Assembly (NCBI RefSeq): GCF_002113885.1
Contig: NW_018403488.1
Coordinates: forward strand, 6,260 to 70,259
Reading direction: 5' to 3'
Length of the DNA stretch: 64,000 nucleotides
DNA from: Mizuhopecten yessoensis
Taxonomy: Eukaryota
Each line of letters starts with the position of its first letter. Within the stretch, counting starts at the first letter, position 1. Position numbers and translations under genes: made by a program. Below the pieces are notes generated by a model, which was given only the letters and a program-made list of their open reading frames with translations, was not told the origin of the DNA and did not search any database. Positions 1 to 11,444 of this stretch are shown here, in pieces.

Positions 1-2127
1 TTATGCATACCCTAATAGCCTACAATGCATGTCCCCGTTTCTGTGGGTTACAGTAATTGTACATGCATTCCCTAATAGCCTACACTGCATTTCCCCGCTT
101 CTGTGTGTTAAAATAATTGTACATGCATACCCTAATAGCCTACACTGCATTTCCCCGCTTCTGTGTGTTAAAGTAATTGTACATGCATACCCTAATAGCC
201 TAGAGTGCATTTCCCCGCTTCTGTGGGTTACAGTAATTGTCCATGCATACCCTAATAGCCTACACTGCATTTCCCCGCTTCTGTGTGTTAAAGTAATTGT
301 ACATGCATACCCTAATAGCCTAGAGTGCATTTCCCCGCTTCTGTGGGTTACAGTAATTGTACATTCATACCCTAATAGCCTACAGTGCATTTCCCCGCTT
401 CTGTGGGTAACAGTAATTGTACATGCATACCCTAATAGCCTACAATGCATGTCCCCGTTGCTGTGGGTTACAGTAATTGTACATGCATTCCCTAATAGCC
501 TACACTGCATTTCCCCGCTTCTGTGTGTTAAAGTAATTGTACATGCATACCCTAATAGCCTACATTGCGTTTCCCCGCTTCTGTGGGTTACAGTAATTGT
601 CCATGCATACCCTAATAGCCTACACTGCATTTCCCCGCTTCTGTGATTCACAGTAATTGCCCTAAATTGATGATATCTGTTCGTGTAGGCATATCCTAAT
701 AGCCTACAGTGCGTTTCCCCGCTTCTGTGGTTTACAGTAATTGAACATGCATACGATAATAGCCTACACTGCATTTCCCCGCTTCTGTGGGTTACAGTAA
801 TTGTACATTCATACCCTAATAGCCTACAGTGCATTTCCCCACTTCTGCGGGTTACATGTACAGTAATTGTACATGCATACCCTAATAGCCTAGAGTGCAT
901 TTCCCCGCTTCTGTGTGTTACAGTAATTGTTTATGCATACCCTAATAGCCTACAATGCATGTCCCCGCTTCTGTGTGTTACAGTAATTGTACATGTATAC
1001 TCTAATAGCCTACAGTGCATTTCCCCACTTCTGCGGGTTACATGTACAGTAATTGTACATGCATACCCTAATAGCCTACAATGCATGTCCCCGTTTCTGT
1101 GGGTTACAGTAATTGGACATGCATTCCCTAATAGCCTACAGTGCATGTCCCCACTTCTGTGGGTTACAGTAATTGTACATGCATACCCCAATAGCCTACA
1201 GTGCATTTCCCCGCTTCTGTGTGTACAGTAATTGTACATGCATACCCTAATAGCCTAGAGTGCATTTCCCCGCTTCTGTGGGTTACAGTAATTGTACATG
1301 CATCCCCTAATAGCCTACAGTGCTTTTTCCCGCTTCTGTGGGTTACAGTAATTGTAAATGCATATCCTAATAGCCTACAGTGCGTTTCCCCGCTTCTGTG
1401 TGTTGCAGTAATTGTACATGCATACCCTAATAGCCTAGAGTGCATTTCCCCGCTTCTGTGTGTTACAGTGATTGTTTATGCATACCCTAATAGCCTACAA
1501 TGCATGTCCCCGCTTCTGTGTGTTACAGTAATTGTACATGTATACCCTAATAGCCTACAGTGCATTTCCCCGCTTCTGTGGGTTACAGTAATTGTCCATG
1601 CATACCCTAATAGCCTACACTGCATTTCCCCGCTTCTGTGGGTTAAAGTAATTGTACATGCATACCCTAATAGCCTAGAGTGCATTTCCCCGCTTCTGTG
1701 GGTTACAGTAATTGTCCATGCATACCCTAATAGCCTACACTGCATTTCCCCGCTTCTGTGATTCACAGTAATTGCCCTAAATTGATGATATCTGTTCGTG
1801 TAGGCATATCCTAATAGCCTACAGTGCGTTTCCCCGCTTCTGTCGGTTACAGTAATTGTACATGCATACCCTAATAGTCTACAGTGCGTTTCCCCGCTTC
1901 TGTGGGTTACAGTAATTGTCCATGCATACCCTAATAGCCTACACTGCATTTCCCCGCTTCTGTGGGTTACAGTAATTGTAAATGCATATCCTAATAGCCT
2001 ACAGTGCGTTTCCCCGCTTCTGTCGGTTACAGTAATTGTACATGCATACCCTAATAGCCTACACTGCATTTCCCCGCTTCTGTGATTAACAGTAATTGCC
2101 CTAAATTGATGATATCTGTTCGTGTAG
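1..2127. repeat. 60-bp minisatellite array, truncated by the window edge; lies in intron 1 of methyltransferase copy A
   Basis: Unit CCTAATAGCCTACACTGCATTTCCCCGCTTCTGTGGGTTACAGTAATTGTACATGCATAC repeats in register with the 60-nt lines, about 35 units. Confidence 0.97.
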
Positions 2128-2930
2128 ATTATATTTAAACTTTACAATAAAAGCTACCCGTTTGAGAAAGTTTACATTGTTAGTGAATATGCGCGATGCT
2201 GATGTTCACACGTGAAAAGTTCTTATATATTTGTATTTCTGAACGTTTTTTACGTAACTTTATTTAATTATTTATGACATTGTTTATGTCAATGTGTAGA
2301 AGAATTTAGTTTTTTCTATCAATTTACTATTCTTTTGTCTTTATGTATGGTACGATTGTATCAATGTGCGATCGTATTGAACGAGATTTGTTTTAATGCC
2401 TGGTATTTAATATCTGTTCTATTTTTGTTAGTGCATGGTATTTTTGTATTGTTGGTTCATTTGTCCTACATGTTTATATGAATAAACAACATAAATGTTC
2501 CGTTGAAGTAGAACACAAATACATTTACATTGGACAAGATATTTAACATAAAAATGTATAAATAAATATCATTCAACAGTGGAAGACGGTCACTGTTTCG
2601 GTATGTAAACCTGATTTCAGTCAACACCTTTGCCCAGCTTATATTTCCTGGTTTATATTCAATCAAACTCGGACTATTGTTAAGTTCTGTTTTTTCATAC
2701 TCATGGTTAAATGATCTGTTATTTTTTGACAACAATTGAAGAAGACCATAACGCATGTTTGCGAATACGTAGGTTAAACAGTGGATCTTATTTATTTTTC
2801 CTAAAGTATGTCATTTCAATTATGTAACCAAAGTCATAGTAATTATACATGTATGTACTTTAACACTTAATAGCCTTTTACGTTTACCTGTCACGATAAC
2901 AAAAAGGTTGTAGACAATACTGATCGATTT

Positions 2931-4953
2931 CTTCTTCCCCTCCCTCCCGTAACCTTTATAGAAACAACTGTCTTTCCCTCCCTCCCGTAGCCTTTATATA
3001 AACCAACTGTCGTCCCCTTCCTCCCGTAACCTTTATAAAAACAACTGTCTTCCCCTCCCTCCCGTAACCTTTATAGAAACAACTGTCGTCCCCTTCCTCC
3101 CGTAACCTTTATAAAAACAACTGTCTTCCCCTTCCTCCTGTAACCTTTATAAAAACAACTGTCTTCCCCGTTCTCCCGTAACCTGTATAGAAACAACTGT
3201 CTTCCCCTCCCTCCCGTAACCTTTATAGAAACAACTGTCTTTCCCTCCCTCCCGTAACCTTTATATAAACAACTGTCTTTCCCGCCATCCCGTAACCTTT
3301 ATAGAAACAACTGTCNNNNNNNNNNNNNNNNNNNNNNNNNNNNNNNNNNNNNNNNNNNNNNNNNNNNNNNNNNNNNNNNNNNNNNNNNNNNNNNNNNNNN
3401 NNNNNNNNNNNNNNNNNNNNNNNNNNNNNNNNNNNNNNNNNNNNNNNNNNNNNNNNNNNNNNNNNNNNNNNNNNNNNNNNNNNNNNNNNNNNNAGAAACA
3501 ACTGTCTTCCCCTTCCTCCCGTAACCTTTATAGAAACAAATGTCTTTCCCTCCATCCCGTAACCTTTATAGAAACAACTGTCTTCCCCTTCCTCTCGTAA
3601 CCTTTATAGAAACAACTGTCTTCCCCTCCCTCTCGTAACCTTTATAGAAACAACTGTCTTCCCCTCCCTTCCGCAATCTTTATAGAAACAACTGTCTTTC
3701 CCTTCCTCCCGTAACCTTTTTAAAAACAACTGTCTTCCCCTCCCTCCCGTAACCTTTATAGAAACAACTGTCTTTCCCTTCATCTCGTAACCTTTATAAA
3801 AACAACTGTCTTCCCCTCCCTCCCGTAACCTTTATAGAAACAACTGTCTTCCCCTTCCTCCCGTAACCTTTACAGAAACAACTGTCTTCCCCTTCCTCCC
3901 GTAACCTTTATAGAAACAAATGTCTTTCCCTCCATCCCGTAACCTTTATAGAAACAACTGTCTTCCCCTTCCTCCCGTAACCTTTATAGAAACAACTGTC
4001 TTCCCCTCCCTCTCGTAACCTTTATAGAAACAACTGTCTTCCCCATCCTCCCGTAACCTTTATGGAAACAACTGTCTTTTCCTACATCCCGTAACCTTTA
4101 TAGATACAACTGTCGTCCCCTTCATCCCGTAACCTTTATAGAAACAACTGTCTTCCCCTTCCTCCTGTAACCTTTATAGAAACAACTGTCGTCCCTTTCC
4201 TCCCGTAACCTTTATAGAAACAACTGTCTTCCCCTCCCTCCCGTAACCTTTATAGAAACAACTGTCTTCTCCTCCCTCTCGTTACCTTTATAGAAACAAC
4301 TGTCTTCCCCTTCCTCCTGTAACCTTTATAGAAACAACTGTCGTCCCCTTCATCCCGTAACCTTTATAGATACAACTGTCTTCCCCTCCCTCCCGTAACC
4401 TTTATAGAAACAACTGTCTTCCCCTTCCTCCTGTAACCTTTATAGAAACAACTGTCTTTCCCTCCATCCCGTAACCATTATAGATAAAACTGTCTTCCCC
4501 TCCCTCCCGTAACCTTTATAGAAACAACTGTCTTCCCCTTCCTCCTGTAACCTTTATAGAAACAACTGTCGTCCCCTTCCTCCCGTAACCGTTATAGAAA
4601 CAACTGTCTTCCCCTCCCTCCCGTTACCTTTATAGAAACAACTGTCTTCTCCTCCCTCTCGTTACCTTTATAGAAACAACTGTCTTCCCCTTCCTCCTGT
4701 AATCTTTATAAAAACAACTGTCTTCCCCATTCTCCTGTAACCTTTATAGAAACAACTGTCTTTCCTTCCATCCCGTAACCTTTATATAAACAACTGTCTT
4801 TCCCGCCATCCCGTTACCTTTATAGAAACAACTGTCTTCCCCTTCCTCTCGTAACCTTTATGGAAACAACTGTCTTCCCCTCCCTCCCGTTACCTTTATA
4901 GAAACAACTGTCTTCCCCTCCCTCCCGTAACCTTTATAGAAACAACTGTCTTC
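2931..4953. repeat. 38-bp minisatellite array containing an assembly gap
   Basis: Unit CCCGTAACCTTTATAGAAACAACTGTCTTCCCCTCCCT; successive starts at 3061 and 3099. Confidence 0.97.
3316..3493. other. Assembly gap (N run)
   Basis: Run of n characters inside the 38-bp array. Confidence 1.
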
Positions 4954-5885
4954 TTTGAGTACGGGCACGGTTCATCCAACACCCATTTTATTCATTGTTA
5001 CTTTGCCTACACACAGTACGTTAAGCTGTGGCAATGCTTAAGCAGGAGAGGAAGCAGTATTTGTTGGTAACATGATATAACTAGACTGCACCAATGTTTT
5101 CAAACCATATAATTACTACAATCCACCCAGTGTACGGTAACATAGCACACCCTCATCACCTACATTGAAATATTCCTCTTTTGTGAGTCACATTAGATGT
5201 CCTTCACCCAACACATTTGTGTAATACTCATCCGCTAGAGATGGTTTACGTTCTTGTTTGATTGGATGCTGTTGATTTCTCTACGCGGAAAGATTTTGTT
5301 TGATTTGTTTGTATTCCTGAACGTTATTTTTCGCAATTGTAGTGTGATTATTGATTATGCTTGTTATGAAATAGGTCTTTGCTTGTTCCTGTTTTTAATT
5401 TTTGTCTTACAATATGCCCATTGTTTTCGCCTTTGTGTGTGGTACGTTAGTGTATATGTGCGATCTTTTATTTTACCAATACGTGATTTTTGATAAATAT
5501 TATTTGTGTTGTAAATGCACGGTATTTTTACCTAATGCATCGTGCGTCTTATTTTGTTTATCTGTGGTGCATTTAGTGTTAAAATTTGCCATGTTTTCGT
5601 CTCTGGTTTTGTAATACATTTCTCCTACGTGTACATATTATTAAACAACAAGACTTCCCCGTTGATCAAAAAAACATTGCATTAGACAAAATATTATACA
5701 CAAAAATACACATAAAGGTATTTTTAAAGTTTTTTAAATAAATTCAACAGTGGAAGTCGATTACCTGTTTGGCAGGCAAGCATGAGTGTAGTCAACACCA
5801 CTAGTCAGCTTACATATATTACGTGGATTAAATTCAATTAAACTTTTCTGCATACTCAACGTTCAATAACCTGGCAAATCGTTGG

Positions 5886-7700
5886 CAGACACCCAGCTGC
5901 CATATGGATGTGTGACAGACATCCAGCTGTCATATGGATGTGCAACAGACACACATCTGTCATATGGATGTGTGACATACACCCATCTGTCATATGGATG
6001 TGTGACAGACATCCAGCTGTCATATGGATGTGTGACATACACCCATCTGTCATATGGATGTGTGCATACACCCATCTGTCATATGGATGTGTGACATACA
6101 CCAATCTGTCATATGGATGTGTGACAGACATCCAGCTGTCATATGGATGTGTGTAGACACTCAGCTCTCACGTTGATGTGTGACAGACACCCAGCTGTCA
6201 CGTGGATGTGTGATAGACACCCAGCTGTCACATGGATGTGTGACAGACATCCAGCTGGCATATGGATGTGTGCAGACACTCAGCTCTCACGTTGATGTGT
6301 GACAGACACACAGCTGTCACGTGAATGTGTGACACACACACAGCTGTCATATGATGTGTGACAGACACACAGCTGTCATATGGATGTGTGACAGACACCC
6401 AGCTGTCATATGGATGTGACAGACACTCAGCTGTCATGTGGATGTGTGACAAACACAGCTGTCATATGATGTGTGACAGACACCCAGCTGTCATATGATG
6501 TGTGACAGACACACAGCTGTCACGTGAATGTGTGACACACACACAGCTGTCATATGATGTGTGACAGACACACAGCTGTCATATGGATGTGTGACAGACA
6601 CCCAGCTGTCATATGGATGTGACAGACACTCAGCTGTCATGTGGATGTGTGACAAACACAGCTGTCATATGATGTGTGACAGACACCCAGCTGTCATATG
6701 ATGTGTGACAGACACACAGCTGTCACGTGAATGTGTGACACACACACAGCTGTCATATGATGTGTGACAGACACACAGCTGTCATATGGATGTGTGACAG
6801 ACACCCAGCTGTCATATGGATGTGACAGACGCTCAGCTGTCATGTGGATGTGTGACAAACACAGCTGTCATATGATGTGTGACAGACACCCAGCTGTCAT
6901 ATGATGTGTGACAGACACACAGCTGTCACGTGAATGTGTGACACACACACAGCTGTCATATGATGTGTGACAGACACACAGCTGTCATATGGATGTGTGA
7001 CAGACACCCAGCTGTCATGTGGATGTGTGACAAACACACAGCTGTCATATGATGTGTGACAGACACACAGCTGTCATATGGATGCGTGACAGACACCCAG
7101 CTGTTATATGGATGTGACAGACGCATAGCTGCCACGTGAATGTGTGACACACACACAGCTGTCATATGGATGTGTGACAGACACCCAGCTGTCATATGGA
7201 TGTGACAGACACTCAGCTGTGATGTGGATGTGCGACAGACACTCACCTGTCATATAGATGTGTGACAGACGCTCAGCTGTCACGTGGATGTGTGACAGAC
7301 ACACATCTGTCACGTGAATGTTTGACAGACACCCTTCTGTCAGGTGGATATGTGACAGACACCCTTCTGTCATGTGGATGTGTGACAGACACACAACTGT
7401 CACGCATATGTGTGACAGACAACCAGCTGTCACGTGGATATGTGACAGACAACCAACTGTCATATGTTTCAGTGACAGACACACAGCTGTCAGGTGTATG
7501 TGTGACAAACACACAGCTGTCACGTGGATGTGTGACAGACACCCAGCTGTCACGTGGATTTGTGACAGACACCCAGCTGTCATGCTGGTGTGTGACAGAC
7601 ACACACCCGTCACGTGTATGTGTGATAAACACACAGCTGTCACGTGAATGTATGACTGACAACCAGCTGTCTCGTGTTTGTGTGACAGATACGTTGTGTG
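5886..7700. repeat. About 30-bp minisatellite array
   Basis: Unit TGTGACAGACACCCAGCTGTCATATGGATG with 28-30 bp variants, about 60 units. Confidence 0.96.
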
Positions 7701-8404
7701 ACAGATACATATCTGTCACTTGTACAATGTATGTATGACATAGTAGTATTGTATCACATGGAAGACAGTACATGTGCTAGTGCCTTATAGGAACATTAAT
7801 TCAATTTAATTTATTAAATCGGATATAAAACTGAAATAGCGCAAAATGTACAAATAACTGATTACAGGTAAAGGTAAGATATCGGAAATATCTAAAACAA
7901 AATAAGAGAAAATGTCAAAGTTGTAGTGATTGTGTGTAAATTAGGCAATTGGACTAAATATTTCTGACATATAACTACAACTGTATCTACAGGTGCGCAG
8001 TATTCAAATTCAGTTTTTCACATTCGTCAGTTTCGTTACTGTTGCATCATTTCTATTGGAAATTATCATGTAAACAAAATTTGCATTGATCTACGTTTTC
8101 TTAACATACGCATTCGAAAGCTACGGTAATACCTTACGCAATGTACACTGCAATCCTGCTCTGACAACTGTGTCAGATTGGGGTGTGCTTAGTAACACAT
8201 AGAACACGATACAGCGGAGGTAAGAGAGTCTAAGTGTACACCTCTTGTATGTTCTATTTTACATCTAGGGATAAACAGAATAAAGCAGAAAACGGTTAAT
8301 TTGTTAAATAATGATCAGTTGCTGGTGGTTTATTACCTGCAATTACTTCCTTTTGAACACAATGCAAAAGATAGGACGAATGATGTACTTTGTGCATGGA
8401 CCAT

Positions 8405-10003
8405 TTCTATGTATGTCCGTATCGCGCAGGCTTAACGGTCCGACTTGTGATGTACTACGTGTGATTATATATAATTTCCTCCCTCTGTGGGTATGTCCGT
8501 ATCGCGCTGGCTTACCGGTCCGACTTGTGATGTATTACGTGTGATTTCCTCCCTCTGTGGGTATGTCCGTATCGCGCTGGCTTACCGGTCCGACTTGTGA
8601 TGTAATACGTGTGATTACCTCCCTCTGTGGGTATGTCCGTATCGCGCTGGCTTACCGGTCCGACTTGTGATGTAATACGTGTGATTACCTCCCTCTGTGG
8701 GTATGTTCGTGTCGCGCAGGCTTACCGGTCCGACTTGTGATGTACTACGTGTGATTATATATAATTGCCTCCCTCTGTGGGTATGTCCGTATCGCGCAGG
8801 CTTACCGGTCCGACTTGTGATGTATTACGTGTGATTATATATAATTACCTCCCTCTGTGGGTATGTCTGGGAGTAGATGGGCTGTATGGTCTGACTAGTG
8901 AATATTACGTGAAATTATCTCCCTTTGTAGGTATGCCCGGGAGTGGCTGGGCTGTATGGTCTGACTAGTGAATTATTACGTGTAATCATCTCCCTTTGAA
9001 GTTATGTCCGCGAGTGGCTAGGCTGTATGGTCTGACTAACGATGTATTACGTGTAATTATCTCCCATTGTAGGTATGCCCGGGAGTGGCTAGGCTGTATG
9101 GTCTGACTATTGAATTATTACGTGTTATTATCTCCCTTTGTAGGTATGCCCGGGAGGGGCTAGGCTGTATGGTCTGACTAACGATGTATTACGTGTAATT
9201 ATCTCCCTTTGTAGGTATGCCCGGGAGTGGCTAGGCTGTATGGTCTGACTAACGATGTATTACGTGTAATTATCTCCCTTTGTAGGTATGTCCGCGAGTG
9301 GCTTGGCTGTATGGTCTGACTAACGATGTATTACGTGTAATTACCTCCCTTTGTAGGTATGTCCGCGAGTGGCTTGGCTCTATGGTCCGTCTAGTGAATT
9401 ATTACTTTGTATTCTTCAATGCTTGGTGCAGTACAATTCACAGAGGCAGGGCAGGTGGCATTCTTATTGAAGTTACTTTATATATTGATGAAAACTATTA
9501 TTACACAAGGAATAATTTACAGAAAAACATAGAAACTTACTTTGTAACTGCCTGGAATACTTTAAAGACAAATAGATAGAGCTTGTGATCAGCTTGGCAG
9601 GCAGGAGTCTAACTGACCTAACAATGATATTCCCGCCAAGACTGACCAACAAGGGATTATAAAAATAGCGACCAATAAAAAGCAAGACAAAACATGGACT
9701 CTTGACTTAAATCACTGGGCGTAAACTGTTACACTGAAAATAACAACACATTACACAAAATACATAGAACACCGCACCCTGTAACATGTAACGCCAACAA
9801 ATGGACAAACACATACACAAAACACACTGGGAACATACAAATGGATATTTATACACAATTATAACATTTACTATAAATGACAATAAAATTGACCCTGTTA
9901 CAGGTATGTGCGCGAATGGCTTGGCTGTATGATCCGTCTAGTGAATTATTACGTGTAATTATCTCCCTTTGTAGGTATGTCCGGGAGTGGCTGGGCTGTA
10001 TGG
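8405..10003 (+). repeat. 70/71-bp minisatellite built from the intron1/exon2 splice-acceptor junction (copy A); interrupted by an insertion at about 9410-9895
   Basis: Unit ...TACGTGTAATTATCTCCCTTTGTAG|GTATGTCCGGGAGTGGCTGGGCTGTATGGTC...; the last unit is the real acceptor and the start of exon 2 at 9975. Confidence 0.93.
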
Positions 10004-10162
10004 TCGCCACCAGGATCGTTTCACTGGATGACTCAGACAAATACTTCATCCCACAGTCACTAAAACCGGGACTGAAAGCTCTGGGTTTCACATTTTTCTA
10101 TCCTGTCATGGGTCCTTTTACAGACAAAGCGAGGAACTGCTTCAAAAAGGACGGGCCTAAAG
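9975..10162 (+). CDS. Rv2258c-like SAM-dependent methyltransferase, copy A, exon 2
   Basis: TTTGTAG|G...AAAG|GTAGG, 188 nt; encodes (R)YVREWLGCMVATRIV...NCFKKDGPKG. ERYVREWL matches the N-terminal winged-helix region of the Rv2258c family as I recall it. Same length as copy B exon 2. Confidence 0.92.
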
Positions 10163-10320
10163 GTAGGTGTTTTGCAGTAGTATACAATGTCCTGTTATAA
10201 GTTTCCTAGCAGATACATACATTTTTCTTTTTCCCAAACATACACCCAGAAACAGTCAAAATTAATTAACCATTTATTAAATCATAATAAAATGTGACGT
10301 ACCAATCTTATGTTTTATAG

Positions 10321-10431
10321 GTTTTGGCTATGGAGACATGCCACCTGGTGTTGTTGAAGCCATTGAAGAGAAAACAGGGGACCCTGACAGCATTGTAGAG
10401 GAGCTCCTTAAGCCGATCACCAAGCCCATAG
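10321..10431 (+). CDS. Methyltransferase copy A, exon 3
   Basis: TTTTATAG|GT...ATAG|GTAAG, 111 nt, phase 1-1; encodes GFGYGDMPPGVVEAIEEKTGDPDSIVEELLKPITKPI. Confidence 0.92.
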
Positions 10432-10878
10432 GTAAGCTTTCTATGTATTTAGTGAACATCAATGAGTTAACATCATAGCTCATAGTTACATTGTTAGGTT
10501 AGTGTTTTTCTTACTACGCCCAGTCGATGTCCTTTCATACATTACATCGGCTTATAGACCAAGCTTACCATAATGGTGGTTTGGTATTTCCCCGTCTCAC
10601 AAGAGCTCTAACGATATAAATAGACTCGTGAAGTTTGTAATTTCGAGAGATCATGTAAAGAAAAGTTTATTTTGAACACTAGAATTCAATCTTCTTCAGA
10701 CTTTGCATTTTTATTGTATCAAATATATATGTTTCTAGTAAACGACACATGCATTGAAAACATACAATCAAACTTGTAGGTGTGAAAATTGTTGATTCCT
10801 TGAGAAATTAAGGAACGCTAGATGTTAGTTTATATTAAAAAAAAAAAAAAGAGGTCTTACTGAGTGTGTAACTTTCAG

Positions 10879-11444
10879 AGTCGTTGAACACCATACTTGA
10901 CCTAGGCTGTGGAGGAGGATGTGCAACTAGAGCGTTAAGAAAGCGTTTTCCAAAGGCAGTCATATACGGCGTCGATTATAGCGAGGATGCGCTAACCAAA
11001 GCAAAATCAACTGCCAAAGCTCAAGGCACAGAAAACCTGCATTTTGTAAAGGAAGACGTGACATCATTGCCCGCCGACTGGACAGGGAAGTTTGACTGGG
11101 TCATCCTGTTAGACGTGCTTCATGATCTGCCTGATCCAGTTAATGCCATGAAAGAGGTTCGCCGCGTCTTGAAGGACGACGGAGTCGTGTCCATCGTTGA
11201 TCCAGACCTACATAGTAGCCATAGAGACAACATAGGAGATGCTAACTTGGCAGGTGTAGGGTACGCCATCAGTTCTGTGATTTGTCTCCCTTGCAGTTTG
11301 TCGATAGACGGCGCAGCTGGTCACGGCATGGGCTGGGGAACCGAAAACAAAGAAAAGTTTTTAACCGGTTCTGGCTGGCTAGTGCAGGACAAACGAAATA
11401 TCGAAAGTCCGTTTGCTTTGAACTTCACTTGTGTCAAAGCATAA
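10879..11444 (+). CDS. Methyltransferase copy A, exon 4 (class I SAM-binding domain, ends at stop)
   Basis: ACTTTCAG| acceptor in phase; motif I ILDLGCGGG, then YGVDYS, FDWVILLDVLHDLPDP and LKDDG. Confidence 0.95.

Noticed and set aside
1-2069. Cys/His-rich repeat ORFs resembling zinc-binding proteins
   Set aside because: Translations of a 60-bp intronic minisatellite, open on both strands and broken by stops and frameshifts.
5856-7773. Many overlapping short ORFs
   Set aside because: Shadow translations of the 30-bp array.
9410-9895. Insertion in the acceptor array as a LINE 3' end (also at about 16140-16218 and 62860-63105)
   Set aside because: Only compositional resemblance; no reverse transcriptase remnant or clear target-site duplication was seen.
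10884-11444. Intronless bacterial-type methyltransferase starting at TTG, or contamination
   Set aside because: The TTG lies just inside a spliced exon; three upstream exons complete the protein in copy B.
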